Below, in pieces: positions 46,145 through 52,324 of a stretch of 52,324 bases of DNA. Made by a program: the position numbers and the translations under genes. Below the pieces are notes generated by a model. The model was not told where the DNA came from and searched no databases. It worked only from the letters and a program-made list of their open reading frames with translations. The DNA comes from Macrostomum lignano (taxonomy: Eukaryota): the NCBI GenBank assembly GCA_002269645.1, contig NIVC01004268.1:1-52324 (forward strand), given 5' to 3'. Positions within the stretch are counted from its first letter, which is position 1. Every line of letters begins with the position of its first letter.

Positions 46145-46430
46145 AGATTCTCAGTTAGATAGTGAGAGTGAGAGTCTATACTATGAGATTCTCAGTTATG
46201 CAGTGAGAGTCCATCCTATGAGATTCTCAGTTAGGCAGTGAGAGTCCATCCTATGAGATTCTCAGTTAGGCAGAGATTCTATGAGATTCTCAGTTAGGCA
46301 GAGAGTCTATGAGATTCTCAGTTAGGCAGAGAGTCTATGAGATTCTCAGTTAGGCAGAGAGTCTATGAGATTCTCAGTTAGGCAGAGATTCTATGAGATT
46401 CTATGAGAGTCTAGCCTATGAGATTCTAAG
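46145..46430. repeat. 28-bp tandem repeat, ~9 copies
   Basis: Unit ATGAGATTCTCAGTTAGGCAGAGAGTCT. Confidence 0.9.
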
Positions 46431-46619
46431 CTAAGGCTGAGTCTGCAATCCCGTGAACTTTCGCGGACTTGAGAAGAAAAGTTCGCCTGTGATCTTGGAT
46501 TACCAAGTGATATTAAATGGAATTTGTAAGGAAAATTCCCTAATGACATTGAGAAGACTGCAAATACAGTGTAATCACTAAATATTCTTCTATTAGTGCA
46601 CCAGAAGTCCAATATCGGC

Positions 46620-48290
46620 ATGTCTGGTGAGCCCCAAGAGCATCAGCAGCAGCAGCAGCTTCTACAGACGCCTGCCGGGTCATCTGCAGCGGCGACGGCT
46701 GCTGCCGGAAGCAGTCGGCAGAGCAGGCGGCAGCAGCTGCAGGCGGCGACATCAAAGACGGCGGTCGATGCTCGCCTTCTGCAGCAGAGCAGTGGCGACA
46801 CTGGACTGGGCAGCAGCTTTGATATCTCGCCAACGGCTACGCCAGTGCGGACCGGCTCTGCGGAGCATCCCGCGCCGGTGCAGCAGCAGCAGTCGCTGAC
46901 GAAACCTCCGTCTAGAAGGTATGGAACATCCTGAAGCAGAAATTCTAGCTATGGTAGGATATTTATGATTGAAAATACCTGCAACCATGAGTCACCCGTA
47001 GAAGGAATACTCCAATGACCTTGGCACGGCTGTGTAAGCAAAACTCCAATGACCTTGACACGCCTGTGGAATGAAAACTCCAATGACCTTGACACGGCTG
47101 TGGAATGAAAACTCCAACGACCTTGACACGGCGTTGGAATGAAAATTCCAACGACCTTGACACGGCTTTGGAATGAAAACTCCAACGACCTTGACACGGT
47201 TTTGGAATGAAAACTCAAACGACCTTGGCACGGCTGTGGAAGGAAAACTCCAATAACCTTGACACGCCTGTGGAATGAAAACTCCAATGACCTTGACACG
47301 GCTGTGGAAAGAAAAACTTCAACGACCTTGACACGGCTTTGGAATGAAAACTCAAACGACCTTGGCACGGCTGTGGAATGAAAACTCCAATAACCTTGAC
47401 ACGAGTGTAGAAGGAAGCAAGCAGTCCGGTAACCATGAAGTGGATGCTGGAGGTGTCGCGGGATTAAAATGGAAAATTCCTGTCACCTACTGAATAAAAA
47501 GCTTATGCGTCATCGCGCTGCCTTAAGCTGCAGTTAAATGGATTATTTTTTCACAACAGGGTGTCGGCCGAATCGGCTGGGGGAGAAGTTACTTCTAGAA
47601 TCGATGGAGATCGGCCACAGAAGCGGCAGCAGCAGATTCAGACTCAGAGGCATCCAGACGAACCTGGCACCAGTGGCACCAGCGGTGGCATCGTCGGTAA
47701 CACGCTGGCAACCACCGAGTCCGCCTGGATGCGCTGGTCACGTGACCGACGCTCGATGCAGCAGAGACGACTGCGGCTCCAGCAACAGCAGCAGCAGCCG
47801 GCCAACCTGTCAGATCAGGATGCCGACTTCGATCCGGAGTGCAACGTTGCCGATGTGGTTGAATCGCCGATGCGTCGAATTTCCACGCCGATAATGAAGG
47901 CGCGTGAGGAGAGCGCCAACCTGGTGGCGCCGGAGCTGTACAATCGGCGCCTGCAGCACCTGCAACAGCACGGCCTCATCGATCCAGCCTCCGCCGCAAC
48001 CATCGGCATCGCCGCGACCTCTAATCGGTCGACGGCATTGGTGTCGACGTCGGCGAAAGCGCAGCCGCGCGTCGATGATCGCGGACGTAGCCGTCGACAG
48101 AAGAGGCGCCGGCGGAGCCTGCGGATGGCCTGCCAGGAGCTCACGCCGGCGCAGTGGAGCCGTCTGCGCGAGTACTGGGAGCACCCGACTTTCATGCAGC
48201 TGCGCTTCCTGGCCGCCATCCTGGCTCTGATCAGCGTCGGCGTGCTCGGCTACTCAGCCGCGAGCGTCAGGTGGTCGCACCATGCCCCAG
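46620..48290 (+). CDS. 5' exons (46620-46918, 47560-48290) of a membrane protein: long Q/S/A-rich N-terminus, then a TM helix; possibly PMP22/claudin-like; continues downstream
   Basis: AG|GTATGG donor and CACAACAG|G acceptor in phase; FLAAILALISVGVLGYSAASVRW; donor CAG|GTGAGT 48290/48291. The family call is tentative. Confidence 0.65.
46990..47405. repeat. 34-bp intronic tandem repeat, ~12 copies
   Basis: Unit GGAATGAAAACTCCAATGACCTTGACACGGCTGT. Confidence 0.93.
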
Positions 48291-48344
48291 GTGAGTCAGG
48301 TGAGGGCTGGCGAGTGGACTTGACACAGGGTGTGCGGGTCACAT

Positions 48345-48772
48345 CATTTTCATTTGACTGTGGCGCCATTTTTATTTGACTGTGGCGCAATTTCATTTGA
48401 CTGTGGCGCCATATTCATTTGACTGTGGCGCCATTCCATTTGACTGTGGCCCCATTTTCATTTGACTGTGGCGCCATTTTTATTTGACTGTGGCGCAATT
48501 TCATTTGACTGTGGCGCCATATTCATTTGACTGTGGCGCCATTCCATTTGACTGTGGCCCCATTTTCAGTTGACTGTGGCGCCATTTCACTTGACTGTGG
48601 CGCCATTCCATTTGACTGTGGCGCCATTTTCATTTGACTGTGGCGCCATTTTTATTTGACTGTGGCCCCATTTCATTTGACTGTGGCCCCATTTCATTTG
48701 ACTGTGGCGCCATTTTCATTTGACTGTGGCCCCATTTTTAGTTGACTGTGGCGCCATTCCATTTGACTGTGC
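48345..48772. repeat. 21-22-bp tandem repeat, ~20 copies
   Basis: Unit CATTTGACTGTGGCGCCATTT(T). Confidence 0.93.
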
Positions 48773-49269
48773 CAGTTCTGCCAATTCCGCTGACTCCTGG
48801 GCAAATACAAGCGCGCCAATGCTGTACACAGAGACGCGCACACTCACACAGGGTGAACAGCGACCCCAATAGTCAGGCATTCACACACTCTCTGCCTTGA
48901 TGGCAGGCCCTCATGGCTGTGACTCGTACATTCTAGACCACTGGCAACCTCAAAATATTGGGCGTTAAAATATTGGAGGTTCATTTAACTCACATTGGTA
49001 CACATTTGGATTTCACCACTTCTTCACCAATATCTTAGCTAGCTTTGATTTTCCCGAGATATTAACAAAAGTACAGAGAAAGAGATGAGCACTCGGAGTG
49101 GCACTTGAACTGCTCACAGGCCTTCTTCCTTCATCCTGGGCACACGCCCAGGTTCAAGTGCTCAGTTCTTGGTCCTCTTGAGACTCTCCTTGGAAACTCG
49201 AACACTTGCACTACTGTCCGATGTCAGTTGTACTTAGTTTGCTTGTTTTTGCAGTCCTAACAAATTCCT

Positions 49270-52140
49270 AGATCTTTTGGTTCTCATCTCAGCCTGTCTC
49301 TGCTCCCTGCATTGTGTCTCAGCCTGTATCTCTGATGTCTGCCTTGTGTCTCAGCCTCTGTCTCTGCTCCCTGCATTGTGTCTCAGCCTGTATCTCTGAT
49401 GTCTGCCTTGTGTCTCAGGCTGTGTCTCTGATCTCTGCACTGTGTCTCAGCCTGTGTCTCTGATGTCTGCCTTGTGTCTCAGGCTGTGTCTTTGATCTCT
49501 GCCTTGTGTCTCAGGCTGTGTCTCTGCTCCCTGCATTGTGTCTCAGCCTGTATCTCTGATGTCTGCCTTGTGTCTCAGGCTGTGTCTCTGATCTCTGCCT
49601 TGTGTCTCAGGCTGTGTCTCTGATCTCTGCACTGTGTCTCAGCCTGTGTCTCTGATGTCTGCCTTGTGTCTCAGCCTGTGTTTTTGATCTCTGCCTTGTG
49701 TCTCAGGCTGTGTCTCTGATCTCTGCACTGTGTCTCTGATCTTTGGCCTGAGTCTCTGATCTCTGCCTTGTGTCTCAGGCTGTGTCTCTGATCTCTGCCC
49801 TGTGTCTCAGCCTGTGTCTCTGATCTCTGCCTTGTGTCTCAGGCTGTGTCTTTGATCTCTGCCTTGTGTCTCAGCCTGTGTCTCTGATGTCTGCATTGTG
49901 TCTCATCCTGTGTCTCTGATGTCTGTTTTGTGTCTCAGCCTGTGTCTCTGATCTCTGCCTTGTGTCTCAGCCTGTGTCTCTGATGTCTGCCTTGTGTCTC
50001 AGCCTGTGACTTTGATCTCTGCCTTGTGTCTCAGCCTGTGTCTCTGATCTCTGCACTGTGTCTCAGCCTGTGTCTCTGATGTCTGCCTTGTGTCTCAGCC
50101 TGTGTCTCTGATCTCTGCACTGTGTCTCTGATCTTTGGCCTGAGTCTCTGATCTCTGCCTTGTGTCTCAGGCTGTGTCTCTGATCTCTCGCCCTGTGTCT
50201 CAGCCTGTGTCTCTGATCTCTGCCTTGTGTCTCAGCCTGTGTTTCTGATCTTTGGCTTGTGTCTCAGCCTGTGTGTGTCTCTGATCTCTGCTCTTAATCT
50301 CATCCGCACAGCTCCATATCTGAGTATGTACTTTTACCATAAAGTTTTGATAATGAATTATTACATTATTTTTTGGTTGCGGCCACTAGAATATTATGGA
50401 GTGGGAGCGAATGTGCATGTTTCTGTTTTTTTATAGCCACTACATCACACGCGGTAATCCAGTCTCTCTTTATCCCATAACCGACTTCCCAATGTTATAA
50501 AGTGCTTGTGCTTTGCTAGCACTCAGAAGCAATGGACTTCCTTTGTCTGCTGTGAGACCACGCGTTCGGTACTTCTATTCTGTACACTTAATCGAGGGGG
50601 TGGGTGTGTTACATGTAAAGAGGGCGGTAGAGAAGTCTGAAGAGGGAGACACAAAGAGACACAGTCTGAGCCTGAGACAAGTCAGAGATCAGAGACACAA
50701 TTCAGAGATCAGAGACACAATTCAGAGATCAGAGACACAATTCAGAGATCAGAGACACAATTCAGAGATCAGAGACACAATTCAGAGATCAGAGACACAA
50801 TTCAGACAGATTCAGAGACACAATTCAGAGATCAGAGAGAGACACAATTCAGAGATCAGAGACACAATTCAGAGATCAGAGACACACATTCAGAGATCAG
50901 AGACACAATTCAGAGATCAGAGACACAATTCAGAGATCAGAGCTGATATCAGATCAGAGATCAGATCCACAGACCTGACAAGAGGCCTGACACTCCTGAC
51001 GAGAGGAGTCTGACAACTCTGACTAGTTTTTGTGTTGTGTACAAAGCTCTTCTTTATCGCAGTAGGACCTAGCGGGGCCGTAGCCAAGAGGTCAATGGGG
51101 TCCGTGACCCCCATTGGCTGACTAAAGAACATGGAGTCCCCTGACCAGCAGCTCCGGCTCTTCCTTCAAAACTTCCTGTGCCCCCCTACTGAAACTCCTG
51201 ACTGCTCCTGCAGCCAGTGCCAATACCCGTACAAGTAGGTCTCGAACGCACCAGAAATCGTCTCTAAGCTCTCAAACGCCCCCACACCGAGTCTCAATGT
51301 CTCAAACTACTCAAAATATTTTATCAAGTGCAATCAGTAGCAAGTCTGCAGGCGTACTGGCTTTTGTATCTTAATAAGCGCTCGCTTTTGTCCAGAGCAA
51401 ATATGCAAGAAGGACTTCATTTTAGTTTCTTGGCATCCAAACAAGTGCCTCAAGTACATTATCCACACCCTGATATTAAGGTAGAGCTTGTGTCACGTGC
51501 TCAGTAGTGGCTGTGTCTCTGATCTCTGCTTTGTGTCTCTGATATCTGAATTGTGTCTCTGATGTCTGCCTTGTGTCTCTGATCTCTGAATTGTGTCTCT
51601 GATCTCTGAATTGTGTCTCCTGATCTGTGAATTGTGTCTCTGATCTCTGAATTGTGTCTCTGATCTTTGAATTGTGTCTCTGATCTCTGAATTGTGTCTC
51701 CTGATCTGTGAATTGTGTCTCTGATCTCTGAATTGTGTCTCTGATCTCTGAATTGTGTCTCTGATCTTTGAATTGTGTCTCTAAACTCTGAATTGTGTCT
51801 CCTGATCTGTGAATTGTGTCTCTGATCTCTGAATTGTGTCTCTGATCTCTGCCTTGTGTCTCTGATGTCTGAATTGTGTCTCTGATCTCTGCCTTGTGTC
51901 TCAGGCTGTGTCTCTGATCTCTGCCTTGTGTCTCAGGCTGTGTCTCTGATCTCTGCCTTGTGTCTCAGGCTGTGTCTCTGATCTCTGCCTTGTGTCTCTG
52001 ATCTCTGAATTGTGTCTCTGATCTCTGAATTGTGTCTCTGATCTCTGAATTGTGTCTCTGATCTCTGAATTGTGTCTCTGATCTCTGAATTGTGTCTCTG
52101 ATCTCTGAATTGTGTCTCTGATCTCTGCATTGTGTCTCAC
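49270..52140. repeat. Three arrays of one 20/32-bp satellite family in alternating orientation (49270-50290 F, 50680-50960 R, 51510-52140 F)
   Basis: TGTGTCTCTGATCTCTG(AAT/CCT) vs CAGAGATCAGAGACACAATT. Confidence 0.92.
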
Positions 52141-52324
52141 CCTGTGTTTATTTCAGCTTTTCCCATCAACGGATATCAACCAGGATGCAATTTGCGTATC
52201 ATATTAAAAAATATTTTTCTGAATAGCTGGCTTTTGTAGAGCGAAAAGTCTTTCGGATAATTTTACAGATAATGGTTCCGGCATTTAACCTAAATTGTTG
52301 GACAATTTTGCTTTTTTACAGTAG

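Noticed and set aside
41847-52140. Repeat-derived ORFs (LAPPVT, RRQNE, QSIN, RDTIQRSE)
   Set aside because: Translations of tandem DNA repeats, open in several frames, with no gene context
625-52140. CRISPR-like arrays
   Set aside because: Units are contiguous with no unique spacers, there are no cas genes, and the context is eukaryotic

Overview
Eukaryotic (animal) genomic DNA: GC-rich exons, AT-rich introns and dense minisatellites. The style suggests a flatworm such as Macrostomum (inference only). The main feature is a very young 13.1-kb LTR element on the minus strand (1120-14244). It has 2.2-kb LTRs >99% identical by eye, a 4-bp TSD CATC and an 18-nt tRNA-Leu PBS. It encodes Gag and a -1-frameshifted protease but no RT, RNase H or integrase. 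In place of pol it carries an array of about 9 PBS/LTR-junction mimics, a ~449-aa ORF of unrecognised type, and an internally promoted, spliced antisense gene for a predicted tail-anchored protein that overlaps that ORF. The rest of the window holds an inverted pair of intronless SLC13 transporters with a gene-conversion signature, a tRNA-derived SINE, an atypical rhodopsin-like GPCR, a solo LTR and a hidden two-exon secreted-peptide precursor gene. It also has an older PR/RT-deleted Gypsy element using the same tRNA-Leu, hAT-type MITEs, an RTE-like fragment, a LITAF gene, the 5' part of a probable claudin-like gene and many tandem arrays. Several frameshifts look like homopolymer under-calls rather than decay. 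All analysis was by eye; no searches were run.
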